NCBI GenBank assembly: GCA_963719515.1
Contig: CAVRCJ010000014.1
Location: forward strand, 32,001-96,000
Source: an uncultured cyanobacterium
GTDB lineage: Bacteria; Cyanobacteriota; Cyanobacteriia; CAKZMO01
DNA: 64,000 nucleotides
Direction of reading: 5' to 3'
Of the stretch, positions 29,216-37,634 are shown piece after piece (within the stretch, counting starts at the first letter, position 1; each line of letters starts with the position of its first letter). The notes below the pieces were generated by a model, which ran no database searches, had not been told where the DNA came from, and worked only from the letters and a program-made list of their open reading frames with translations. A program made the position numbers and the translations under genes.

Positions 29216-29464
29216 ATGGGAAAAGCCGGAAAAGCCTTAAAGAAGGTTCTCGAAACCTATAGCATCAGCCAAAACCGCCTAGCCGTTACCATGGGCATTA
29301 GCCGCATCACCGTCAACCAGTGGTTCAACGAAACCCGAGATCCCCTCGCTGAATCTATTCCCGACATCGTCCCTGCCCTCGAAGCCTTAGACGCCGAAGC
29401 GGCCAAAGACTTCATCGCTTTCTACCTGAACCGCAACGCAGACGGAGACCCCTTAGATAGCTAG
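29216..29464 (+). CDS. XRE-family HTH regulator (copy 2)
   Basis: MGKAGKALKKVLETYSISQNRLAVTMGISRITVNQWFNETRDP; paralog of 28114-28362. Confidence 0.9.
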   Translation: MGKAGKALKKVLETYSISQNRLAVTMGISRITVNQWFNETRDPLAESIPDIVPALEALDAEAAKDFIAFYLNRNADGDPLDS

Positions 29465-29551
29465 ATTTCCATCAGCGATCGCGGCAATGCTGAGACGCAA
29501 ATACACCTGTAGGGAACTCTTACAGAGTGCTAGAGCGCCAGCTGACAAAAC

Positions 29552-29890
29552 ATGGTTCAACCCTGCGGGTTTACGTTTCCTTCAGCAAAAGCCGAATACC
29601 TCCTAACCTACGCCTCTGAGCCAGGTCGGGGTGGAGATAAACAGAACTTCTGGCGACGAGTCCTCGGGTTTACCTCCGCTTCCAATATTCGAAAGGCCAT
29701 CCTAGCACTAGTCTCTGCCGATATATTGGTATTGATGAGGAGAGGTGCTTATGGCGATCGCTACGAGGCTTCAATCCAAATCACAGGCCCAAGCGGAAAC
29801 ACTCGCCAGGTGCGTACAGTTTGGATAGTCTTAAACGGAGAGAACACGGCTCGATTTGTAACAGCATTTCCGGCTCGCAGGCAGAAGTAA
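29552..29890 (+). CDS. DUF6883-like protein (second)
   Basis: AKAEYLL...GGDKQNFWRRVLGF...YGDRYE...GPSG...VRTVWIV....ARFVTAFP. Confidence 0.75.
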   Translation: MVQPCGFTFPSAKAEYLLTYASEPGRGGDKQNFWRRVLGFTSASNIRKAILALVSADILVLMRRGAYGDRYEASIQITGPSGNTRQVRTVWIVLNGENTARFVTAFPARRQK

Positions 29891-29892
29891 CC

Positions 29893-30351
29893 ATGACCTT
29901 CAAGCTATTTGATACAGTCCAGCTCCTAGAAGACATTTCCTTAGACAACGACGCCACCGCCCCCGCCGGTACTCTAGGTTCCGTGGTAGACGTCCTCAAC
30001 CAGGGCGAAGCGTACCTAGTAGAATGCCTCGGTGGCTGGGTAAAATCCAATGCCGACGGAGATCTTGCTTCATCCGAACAGGAAGATCCCGAAGCCTTCA
30101 GGGAGACACTTGGCGTTGAAACACTCTATCCCAATCAGATCCAGCTTATGACGCCTGCTGAGGAGAGCGTAGGTGTCCGAGCACAATTGTTGCTGCTGAT
30201 TGAAGACATGCCCGATGTGCTCCTAAAAGAGGTCAAAGACTTTGCTGAGTTTATTCAGCAAAAGTCGACGCCGCTCAGGCCACATCAACAACCGCTCACT
30301 GATGACTCAACGTCGCTTACAGAATCAAAAAAGCGATCGCCCTCCCTCTAA
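29893..30351 (+). CDS. DUF4926-like domain fused to a DUF2281-like helical domain
   Basis: FKLFDTVQLLEDI...PAGTLGSVVDV...AYLVE; C-terminal IEDMPDVLLKEVKDFAEFIQQK. Confidence 0.75.
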   Translation: MTFKLFDTVQLLEDISLDNDATAPAGTLGSVVDVLNQGEAYLVECLGGWVKSNADGDLASSEQEDPEAFRETLGVETLYPNQIQLMTPAEESVGVRAQLLLLIEDMPDVLLKEVKDFAEFIQQKSTPLRPHQQPLTDDSTSLTESKKRSPSL

Positions 30352-30518
30352 AAGACAACCTGCCGCACATTGGCCCAACAGTGCGTAATGCTCAACTATG
30401 ACTGCCGCTCATACACCTGATGACTGCAGGTTTTTGATCAGTTCTAACTGCAGCGATATTGTGAGGTTACTGGCAAAGACAGCCAGACATTCAAAGACTC
30501 TCACCGGTAGGTATCCCC

Positions 30519-30788
30519 ATGCAGACCATCCAACAACGCCTTCAGCACAACACATTTGAACTCATCGTCCCCCGGCCGTCACTAGGCGATCGCGTCTGTT
30601 CTGCACTCCATACCCTGAAGGAATTTACCCTTAATCTGGCGACCTCAACGCGAGAGCCCCAGATTAAGGTATCCCAGAATCGCGTCGGTCAATCTCAGTG
30701 GACTGTTTATGACCCCACTAACGGTTACAGAAACACCTTCGCATCTGAAGATGCGGTGCAGGCTTGGATCGAGAATCGGTATCGTTAA
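30519..30788 (+). CDS. Small cyanobacterial-type hypothetical protein
   Basis: EPQI...GQSQWTVYDPTNG....FASEDAVQAWIENRYR. Confidence 0.75.
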   Translation: MQTIQQRLQHNTFELIVPRPSLGDRVCSALHTLKEFTLNLATSTREPQIKVSQNRVGQSQWTVYDPTNGYRNTFASEDAVQAWIENRYR

Positions 30789-30896
30789 GCATGCCGCGTT
30801 TTTGCACAGAGCAGGTAAGGCGATCGCCAGCAGCCTACACTACCGGCGATCGCCCTAACTATCACATTGGCGGGAATGACGTTACGCCAACCGGGA

Positions 30897-33218
30897 TTAA
30901 CAGATCGACATCACCTTCTCGCGCTCGGTCGGCACGTCGTAGCGGTCAAGCATCATCACCTTGTGCCAAGCCGCGACAAAATCCTTGACCATCCGCTCTT
31001 GGCCATCATTTGCGCCGTAGACTTCAGCGACCTGACGCAGCTCCGCGTTTGAGCCGAAGATGAGGTCACAGCGAGTGGCCGTGAACTTCGTTTCGCCCGT
31101 CTTGCGATCATCGATATTGAACATCATCTCGTGCTCGTCAGCCGGCTTCCACTCGTAGTCCATGCTCGTCAGGACGCGGAAGAAGTCGTTAGTCAAGACA
31201 CCCGGGCGATCGGTAAAGATGCCGTGCTTCGAATGGTCCCAATTCTGGTCGAGGGCGCGCATGCCGCCGACGAGGGCCGTCCATTCAGGCGCAGTCAGCG
31301 TCAGCAGCTGGGCGCGATCGAGGAAGATGCGTTCTGGCTGCACTCGGTAGCCGACGGCGTCATTGTGGTAGTTGCGGAAACCATCTGAGACCGGCTTCAG
31401 CCACTCGAAGCTCTCAACATCGGTCAGCTCCTGCGTCGTATCCATCCGCCCTGGGGTGAACGGAACAGTGACCTCAACCCCAGCGTCTCGCGCCGCCTTC
31501 TCCACAGCAGCGCCGCCGCCCAAGACAATTAGGTCCGCCATCGAAACCTTCTTGTTGCCCGACTGAGCGCCGTTGAAGTTCGCCTGAACACCCTTCAGCG
31601 TGGATAGAACCTGACTCAGCTCCTGCGGGCGGTTCACTTCCCAGTCCTTCTGCGGATCGAGGCCAACCCGCGCCCCGTTTGCGCCGCCGCGCTTGTCAGA
31701 GTCGCGGTAGTTTGACGCCGAGGCCCAAGCGGCAGATACGAGGGCGGAAACGGAAAGGCCGCTCGACAGAATCTCGTTCTTGAGCGATGCGATATCGCCG
31801 TCGTTGATCACCTCGTGGTCCAGCGCCGGAATCGGATCCTGCCAGGGCAGATCTTCCGCCGCCACTTCTGGGCCAAGATAGCGACTCTTCGGGCCAAGAT
31901 CTCGGTGAGTCAGCTTATACCAGGCTTTCGAAAACGTGTCGCTGAAGTAGCTAAAGTCGTTGAGGAAGCGCTGGCAGACCTCGCGGTAGGCCGGGTCTTC
32001 CTTCAGCGCAATGTCCGAGGTCATCATCATCAGCGCATGCTCGACCCCGGGTCGGTGAGCATCCGGCGTTTTGGGTGCCGCCGGATCAATCGGCGTCCAC
32101 TGAATAGCATCGGTTGGGCTCTTGGTCTTTTGCCAATCGTACTTAAACAGATTTTCCAGGTAGCTGTTGTCCCACTGGGTCGGGTCCGGAGTCCAGGAGC
32201 CTTCGATGCCGTTGGTCATCGTGTATTCAGCGAAGCCGGTACCCTCAGGGTTCTGCCATCCCAGGCCCATCGCCTGAATCGGCGCGCCTTCCGGGGCAGG
32301 GCCGATCTTGTCCGCAGCGACCATGCCGTGGCTCTTGCCAAAGGCGTGCCCACCGGCAATCAGGGCGACGGTCTCCTCATCCCCCATGGCCATGCGCGCA
32401 AAGGTCTCGCGGATGTCGCGGGCGGAGGCAATGGGGTCGCCGTCGCCGTTTGGACCTTCCGGATCGACGTAGATTAGCGACTGGTGAGATGCCCCTAGCG
32501 GGTTCTCCAGGTCGTAATATTCATCACTCGGCTCGCCCGCCCAGCGAATCGTGCGGGTGACCATCTGATTGGGATGACCTTCTTTCTGCTCGCCGCCTTC
32601 GCTAAACGCTTTGCCGTCCCAGAACTCAGGGCCCCAGTAGGTGGCGCGGTCCGCCTCCCAAGCGTCGATGCGGCCACCGCCATAGCCGAAGGTCTTCAGG
32701 CCCATAATCTCCAGCGAGCAGTTGCCCACTAAGATCATCAGATCGGCCCAGCTCAGCGACGCGCCGTATTTTTGCTTAATGGGCCACAGCAGCCGCCGGG
32801 ACTTGTCGGTGTTGCCGTTGTCCCACCAAGAGTTGATGGGGGCGAAGCGCTGCATGCCTTTACCGGCGCCGCCGCGACCGTCCGCAATCCGGTAGGTTCC
32901 TGACGCGTGCCACGCCATGCGGACCATCTGAGGGCCGTAGTTGCCGTAGTCAGCGGGCCACCATTCCTTCGAATCGGTCAGCAGCGCTTTAATGTCGCTC
33001 TTCAGCTGTTGGAAGTCGAGCGTTTGGAACGCCTCTTGGTAATCAAAATCGCCCAGCGGGCTGGCCAAAGGTGAGTTTTGGTGAAGCAGCTCGACCTGAA
33101 GCCGGTTCGGCCACCAGTCATCAGCTTGTGGCTTGGAGCCGAGGGCCCCACCCACCCGGGTGCCCCGAAAGGGACATTGTGCAGGCGTATCGGAGGGGGT
33201 GTTGTTCATCAAGTTCAT
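30897..33218 (-). CDS. katG: Catalase-peroxidase
   Basis: [49 protein letters not shown]. Confidence 0.97.
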   Translation of the reverse strand: MNLMNNTPSDTPAQCPFRGTRVGGALGSKPQADDWWPNRLQVELLHQNSPLASPLGDFDYQEAFQTLDFQQLKSDIKALLTDSKEWWPADYGNYGPQMVRMAWHASGTYRIADGRGGAGKGMQRFAPINSWWDNGNTDKSRRLLWPIKQKYGASLSWADLMILVGNCSLEIMGLKTFGYGGGRIDAWEADRATYWGPEFWDGKAFSEGGEQKEGHPNQMVTRTIRWAGEPSDEYYDLENPLGASHQSLIYVDPEGPNGDGDPIASARDIRETFARMAMGDEETVALIAGGHAFGKSHGMVAADKIGPAPEGAPIQAMGLGWQNPEGTGFAEYTMTNGIEGSWTPDPTQWDNSYLENLFKYDWQKTKSPTDAIQWTPIDPAAPKTPDAHRPGVEHALMMMTSDIALKEDPAYREVCQRFLNDFSYFSDTFSKAWYKLTHRDLGPKSRYLGPEVAAEDLPWQDPIPALDHEVINDGDIASLKNEILSSGLSVSALVSAAWASASNYRDSDKRGGANGARVGLDPQKDWEVNRPQELSQVLSTLKGVQANFNGAQSGNKKVSMADLIVLGGGAAVEKAARDAGVEVTVPFTPGRMDTTQELTDVESFEWLKPVSDGFRNYHNDAVGYRVQPERIFLDRAQLLTLTAPEWTALVGGMRALDQNWDHSKHGIFTDRPGVLTNDFFRVLTSMDYEWKPADEHEMMFNIDDRKTGETKFTATRCDLIFGSNAELRQVAEVYGANDGQERMVKDFVAAWHKVMMLDRYDVPTEREKVMSIC

Positions 33219-33562
33219 AAGTTCGAGCCCTGTCTAATGTGTTGCGTTTGTAATGCTGCGCTGAGCGCCGCCATGTGCGGCGGTTGAACGGCGTCAGAAT
33301 GCCGGTCTGTCCCGCTCCGAAGACGTCTCTTCGTTGGCAAGCGGACGGACGAATATCGCGCGATCTAAAGCGGTAGGAATGATTTCGCTGGTGCTTACAA
33401 TACCTATTTTAGTGCTGGATTGAGGGAGACGGTTGCTCTCGTTACCAAATGTGTAGGCGATCGCAGCCTAGAGTGTCGACGGGGAAGCTGCTGGTGGTGG
33501 GTGGCAGACAACCCTCGCCTAGGATGAAACCCGTAACCCTAAAATCTTGAATGAGACGGCGT

Positions 33563-33778
33563 CTAGACCTGCTCTCGATAGAGAGACTGCAGCAGATTCT
33601 CGAGTTTCTCCTCGGGGCAGCATTCAATTAGCCCGTCATATATCTCGAGAAGCTTGACGGCGCTATCGCCGAGGAGGGGACTTAGGCCCCAAACATCCTC
33701 TGCCCACTGCTGAGCTGTGCCCTCCTCAAAGATGAGCCGCTCTAGCAGCTGTTTTGCTTCCACTTTAGACAGTGCCAT
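33563..33778 (-). CDS. Small hypothetical protein
   Basis: MALSKVEAKQLLERLIFEE..., 71 aa. Confidence 0.65.
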   Translation of the reverse strand: MALSKVEAKQLLERLIFEEGTAQQWAEDVWGLSPLLGDSAVKLLEIYDGLIECCPEEKLENLLQSLYREQV

Positions 33779-33862
33779 CTTGCCGGTCCTCTCGGGTTTA
33801 GCAAAAATCATACTAGACGCGCTGGCGCTATTCTAAGTAAAAGCCTTTTTGGAGGTGTCCGC

Positions 33863-36061
33863 ATGGCGCATCGCTTGCCAGCGCTCTTCAATGCCCGCCT
33901 GTCGCGTCGAATCGTTTTGTGGGTGTTTGCCAGTATCGTCTTGATAGAAATCATCGTTCTTATTCCCTCTGTGTTTCGGCGGGAAAGAGAGCTGTTGAAG
34001 TATCTGACACTGATATCAGCGGCAAAGGCATCGGGTGTTTTGGAGGCCACGTCGGCGAAAGATGAAGACGCGATTTTAAGGGTTCTCAGCACCGCCCAAG
34101 ATGACGTTGCTTTAGGCGGGGCGCTGTACCGCGTCGATGGTGAGCTGGTGGGTGAGTTTGGGGAGCCTCCCCGCCTCACGTTTGAGCAAATCAGTAGGGG
34201 ACGCAAAGAGTACCTGAACCGACGTCTAGGACGGTATGACGCCGTTTGGCAGATGCCGCCGCTAGATGATAGGTATTTGGTGGTGATTCGCCACAACGCC
34301 GACATTCGCAGCGAGTTCTTAGCATTCATTGCCCGAGTGATGGGCCTGGTGGTGATCATTTCGATTTTCGTCACCATTGCCACCATGATCGTGCTCAACC
34401 GGCTGCTGATTCACCCGATTGTGAGGCTGCGGCGCGACCTGCGGCGGGTGGGGCAAGCGCTCAGCCAAGATCAAAGTGCCGTTGTGGTACCGCCGCTGCC
34501 TTCGATTGATCCTCAGCGGAAAGACGAGCTAGGGGAGGTGATGGCGGCGTTTGTGCAGATGGTGCACCAAATTGCAGATGCGATCGCCAACCGACAGCGC
34601 ATGGAAGTAGAGCTACGCATCTCTGAAGAGAAGTTTTCCAAGGCCTTTTCCTCCAGCCCAGACGCTGTTACTATCAGCACGCTTGCGGAGGGGCGGCTGC
34701 TAGAGGTCAACGAGACTTTTCTCGAAGTTGTTGGGTTGGCCCATGGGGATGTCATCAACCGCACCATCGGGGAACTCGGATTTTGGCCTGACCTCACGGC
34801 GCGAAGCCCCTTGATCGAAACGCTGCAGCGGGACGGACGACTGCGCAACCAAGAATATCAGTTTCGCACGGCGCGCGGGCAGCTAAGGACGGCGCTCTAC
34901 TCCGCAGAGCAAATCATGCTGAATGATGAGCTCTGTATTCTATCTGTCATCAACGACATCACGGAGCGTAAGCAGGCGGAAGAAGCCCTACGGGAGAGCG
35001 AAAATCGCTTTCGGGCGCTGATTGCCCAGGCGGTAGATGCCCTATTTGTCATTAACCGCGAAGGTCGCCTCGTGGACGTCAACCAGCAGGCCTGCTCAAA
35101 CCTGGGGTATGAGCGTGAGGCGCTCTTGCGCCTGTCGGTTCCGGATATTGAGGTGAATCTCTCGGCGGCAGACGTCAGTCAGCTGTGGCAGCAGCTGAAG
35201 CCCGGGCAGCCCATCACCATAGACGGGGTTCACTGTCGGCGAGATGGCACGACCTTTCCCGTGGAGGTGCGGCTGGGTCTGATTCAGTTTGGCGGTCGCC
35301 AGCTTATTTTGGCCCTGGCCCGAGATATTACCGAGCGCCGGCAGGCGGAGGCGGCAATCGCCCGGCTCGCAGAAATTGGGGAGCTGTCCTCAATGATTGT
35401 GCATGAAGTGCGCAACCCGCTGACAACAGTAATGATGGGCCTTAGCTCGTTTAAGCGGCTAGATCTGCCTGAGCGATCGCAGCTGCGGCTGGCGCTGGCG
35501 CTGGAAGAATCAGAGCGGCTACAGCGGCTGCTCAACGAAATTCTCATGTACGCCAAAGAGCCGCAGCTGGAAATGGTGCCTATTGAGCTAGTCTCGCTGT
35601 GCTACGAGATTCGCGACACCCTTCTACCCCAACCTATGGCGCAAGACCGACAGATTGAGCTGAAGACGCTATCCTATGGGTCAGTTGAGGTTGCGGGCGA
35701 TCGCGACAAGCTCAAGCAGGTGTTTATCAACCTGGTGACCAACGCCTGTGAGGCCAGTCCGGCGGGGGCAACGGTCACCTGGCAGGTGACCGTCACCGAT
35801 GGTCAGGCGATGATCCAGATTCACAACGGCGGCGCTCCGATTCCACCCGACGTCTTGCCCAAGCTCACCCAGCCTTTCTTCACCACAAAATCCTCGGGCA
35901 ACGGGCTAGGTCTTGCCATTACTAAACGAATTGTGGAGGCCCACGGTGGGGAGCTAGCGATCGAGTCGCTGGTTGACGAGGGGACGACGGTGACCGTGAC
36001 GCTGAGCCTCAAACCGCTGAATCTGGAGACGCTGGCTTTTGGCACATCGGAGCTAGATTAG
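33863..36061 (+). CDS. Membrane sensor histidine kinase (2 TM, HAMP, 2 PAS, HisKA, HATPase)
   Basis: RKDELGE HAMP, PAS/PAC DITERK, IVHEVRNPL H-box, QVFINLVTNA, FFTTK..GNGLGL. Confidence 0.93.
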   Translation: MAHRLPALFNARLSRRIVLWVFASIVLIEIIVLIPSVFRRERELLKYLTLISAAKASGVLEATSAKDEDAILRVLSTAQDDVALGGALYRVDGELVGEFGEPPRLTFEQISRGRKEYLNRRLGRYDAVWQMPPLDDRYLVVIRHNADIRSEFLAFIARVMGLVVIISIFVTIATMIVLNRLLIHPIVRLRRDLRRVGQALSQDQSAVVVPPLPSIDPQRKDELGEVMAAFVQMVHQIADAIANRQRMEVELRISEEKFSKAFSSSPDAVTISTLAEGRLLEVNETFLEVVGLAHGDVINRTIGELGFWPDLTARSPLIETLQRDGRLRNQEYQFRTARGQLRTALYSAEQIMLNDELCILSVINDITERKQAEEALRESENRFRALIAQAVDALFVINREGRLVDVNQQACSNLGYEREALLRLSVPDIEVNLSAADVSQLWQQLKPGQPITIDGVHCRRDGTTFPVEVRLGLIQFGGRQLILALARDITERRQAEAAIARLAEIGELSSMIVHEVRNPLTTVMMGLSSFKRLDLPERSQLRLALALEESERLQRLLNEILMYAKEPQLEMVPIELVSLCYEIRDTLLPQPMAQDRQIELKTLSYGSVEVAGDRDKLKQVFINLVTNACEASPAGATVTWQVTVTDGQAMIQIHNGGAPIPPDVLPKLTQPFFTTKSSGNGLGLAITKRIVEAHGGELAIESLVDEGTTVTVTLSLKPLNLETLAFGTSELD

Positions 36062-37634
36062 GCACAAGGGCAGGGTGCAGCGGCAGGTTGGCCAGTCCGT
36101 ACCCTACCTGACTACCCAGCCAAGCCGAGGATACAGGCGCGTCTTGACCCTCAGAGACTTGATTGATGCAGGCCCCGGGGGTGAGAGCCTCGGAGGTGGC
36201 CACAATGGACGGTGACAGCAGCGTCGCTTCTGAAAAGCAGCGCCGCGCCCACAAGGCTACGACAGGCATCGACGCCGTTCCGCCAGAGCAGATGACCTGC
36301 TGGATGGCTTGCGGAGAGACTCCAGCTTGTTGAATGAGAGACTCGACCTGCTGATTGATTGTCTGAATGTAGGGCAGCAAAATTTGGTGACCCAGCTCAT
36401 CTTGAGTCACCTGTCCGCGATGCTGGGCCAGGGTGTAGGTCGCCCGAGGCTGGGTTTGTAGCTCATGCTTGAGAAACTGGGCGATCGCCAGCAGCCGCCG
36501 CCCAGTGTTGGAGCTGCACAGGCGCAGCTGGAGCTGCCGTCGTCTAGCGCTGTCAGGCTGACTGAGCTGGGGCCGCTCTAACGTATCGAGCTGTAGAGCA
36601 CTGAGCAACTGCTCAACTTCTGCGAGGGGCGAGGCCTGAAGCTGCGGATAGAGCAGGTGGTAGAGGATATCTTGATCGATAGCCAGGCCGCCATAGGCTA
36701 TAGAGTGGGTGGCTATGGGACGCTGACCTTTGGCTAGCGTAGCCAAATCGACTAGCGCTAGCTCGGTTGTGCTGGCCCCCGCACTGACAACAAACGCCAG
36801 CCCCTCGGCAGCTAAGTGCAGGGTGGAGTCGGCAGGGCCAGAGTCAGTAGAGCCAAGATCGGTAGAACCAGCCGCAGGCTGCAGGCAGGCGAGGACAGTA
36901 GCAGTAGTTTCTTCTACGAAATAAATCTTTTTAGGCTCTGGGACTAAGCCTGCGTCCAAAATAGCGTTTTGCAAATTGGTTTGATACTGGCTCGACCAAT
37001 CGCCCGGAAAACTTACCCCAATGCCCGCCAGCTCCTGCATCGCCGCCTCAAATTGGCCTTGCTCAAGACCAAGACCGCTGCAGCGCCAGGCTGAGGGTTG
37101 ACCTGAGCCTGATTTTAAAGTGCCTAGGATCTGGGCCAGTGGCTTGTAGGCGGGTTCCATCAATGGGGAATGCTCCCGCGTACCCGCCAGCCCGCGCCGC
37201 AGTGGAAGAGCCAGGGCAGGTTTGAGCTGAGAGAGAATGGCGGCCTCTGCTGATGGAGTAGGAATGGGGTCAGTGGACTGATGCCGATTGGGGTCAATCG
37301 AAAGATCGACGGGCCACCGGAACCAGCGCTGGGGGACTTCGGCCTGCCACCAGAAGAGCGGTGCCCTCCGCTGGGTCTGCCGATTCAAAAGAACGGCAGA
37401 GAGTCCTACGGTGCCGATATCTAGCCCCAAAAACCACGTGCCAGAGGGAAGCGCGGCGGGCGGCGGGACAGCTTCAGCGGACTGCGCCGCTTGTGCGTCA
37501 TGGGCCTCTGTCCCTAATCCGGCCAGTGCCGGAAACAGGGGGCGTCCTGGGGGTAGCTTGATGCTGTGCTTCTGTGGGGGCGCATCTTTCGCATCCCGAA
37601 TAGTCCAGCTAATTGGACCTACTTTTTTTTTTCG
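36009..37634 (-). CDS. Hsp70/actin-like ATPase-fold domain; probably the -1-frame C-terminal part of the upstream gene
   Basis: WFLGLDIGT, VSAGASTTEL, YGGLAIDQ, CSGGTAS. The frame is open from 37634 with no ATG/GTG/TTG before the conserved W. Confidence 0.75.
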   Translation of the reverse strand, partial: RKKKVGPISWTIRDAKDAPPQKHSIKLPPGRPLFPALAGLGTEAHDAQAAQSAEAVPPPAALPSGTWFLGLDIGTVGLSAVLLNRQTQRRAPLFWWQAEVPQRWFRWPVDLSIDPNRHQSTDPIPTPSAEAAILSQLKPALALPLRRGLAGTREHSPLMEPAYKPLAQILGTLKSGSGQPSAWRCSGLGLEQGQFEAAMQELAGIGVSFPGDWSSQYQTNLQNAILDAGLVPEPKKIYFVEETTATVLACLQPAAGSTDLGSTDSGPADSTLHLAAEGLAFVVSAGASTTELALVDLATLAKGQRPIATHSIAYGGLAIDQDILYHLLYPQLQASPLAEVEQLLSALQLDTLERPQLSQPDSARRRQLQLRLCSSNTGRRLLAIAQFLKHELQTQPRATYTLAQHRGQVTQDELGHQILLPYIQTINQQVESLIQQAGVSPQAIQQVICSGGTASMPVVALWARRCFSEATLLSPSIVATSEALTPGACINQVSEGQDAPVSSAWLGSQVGYGLANLPLHPALVPNLAPMCQKPASPDSAV

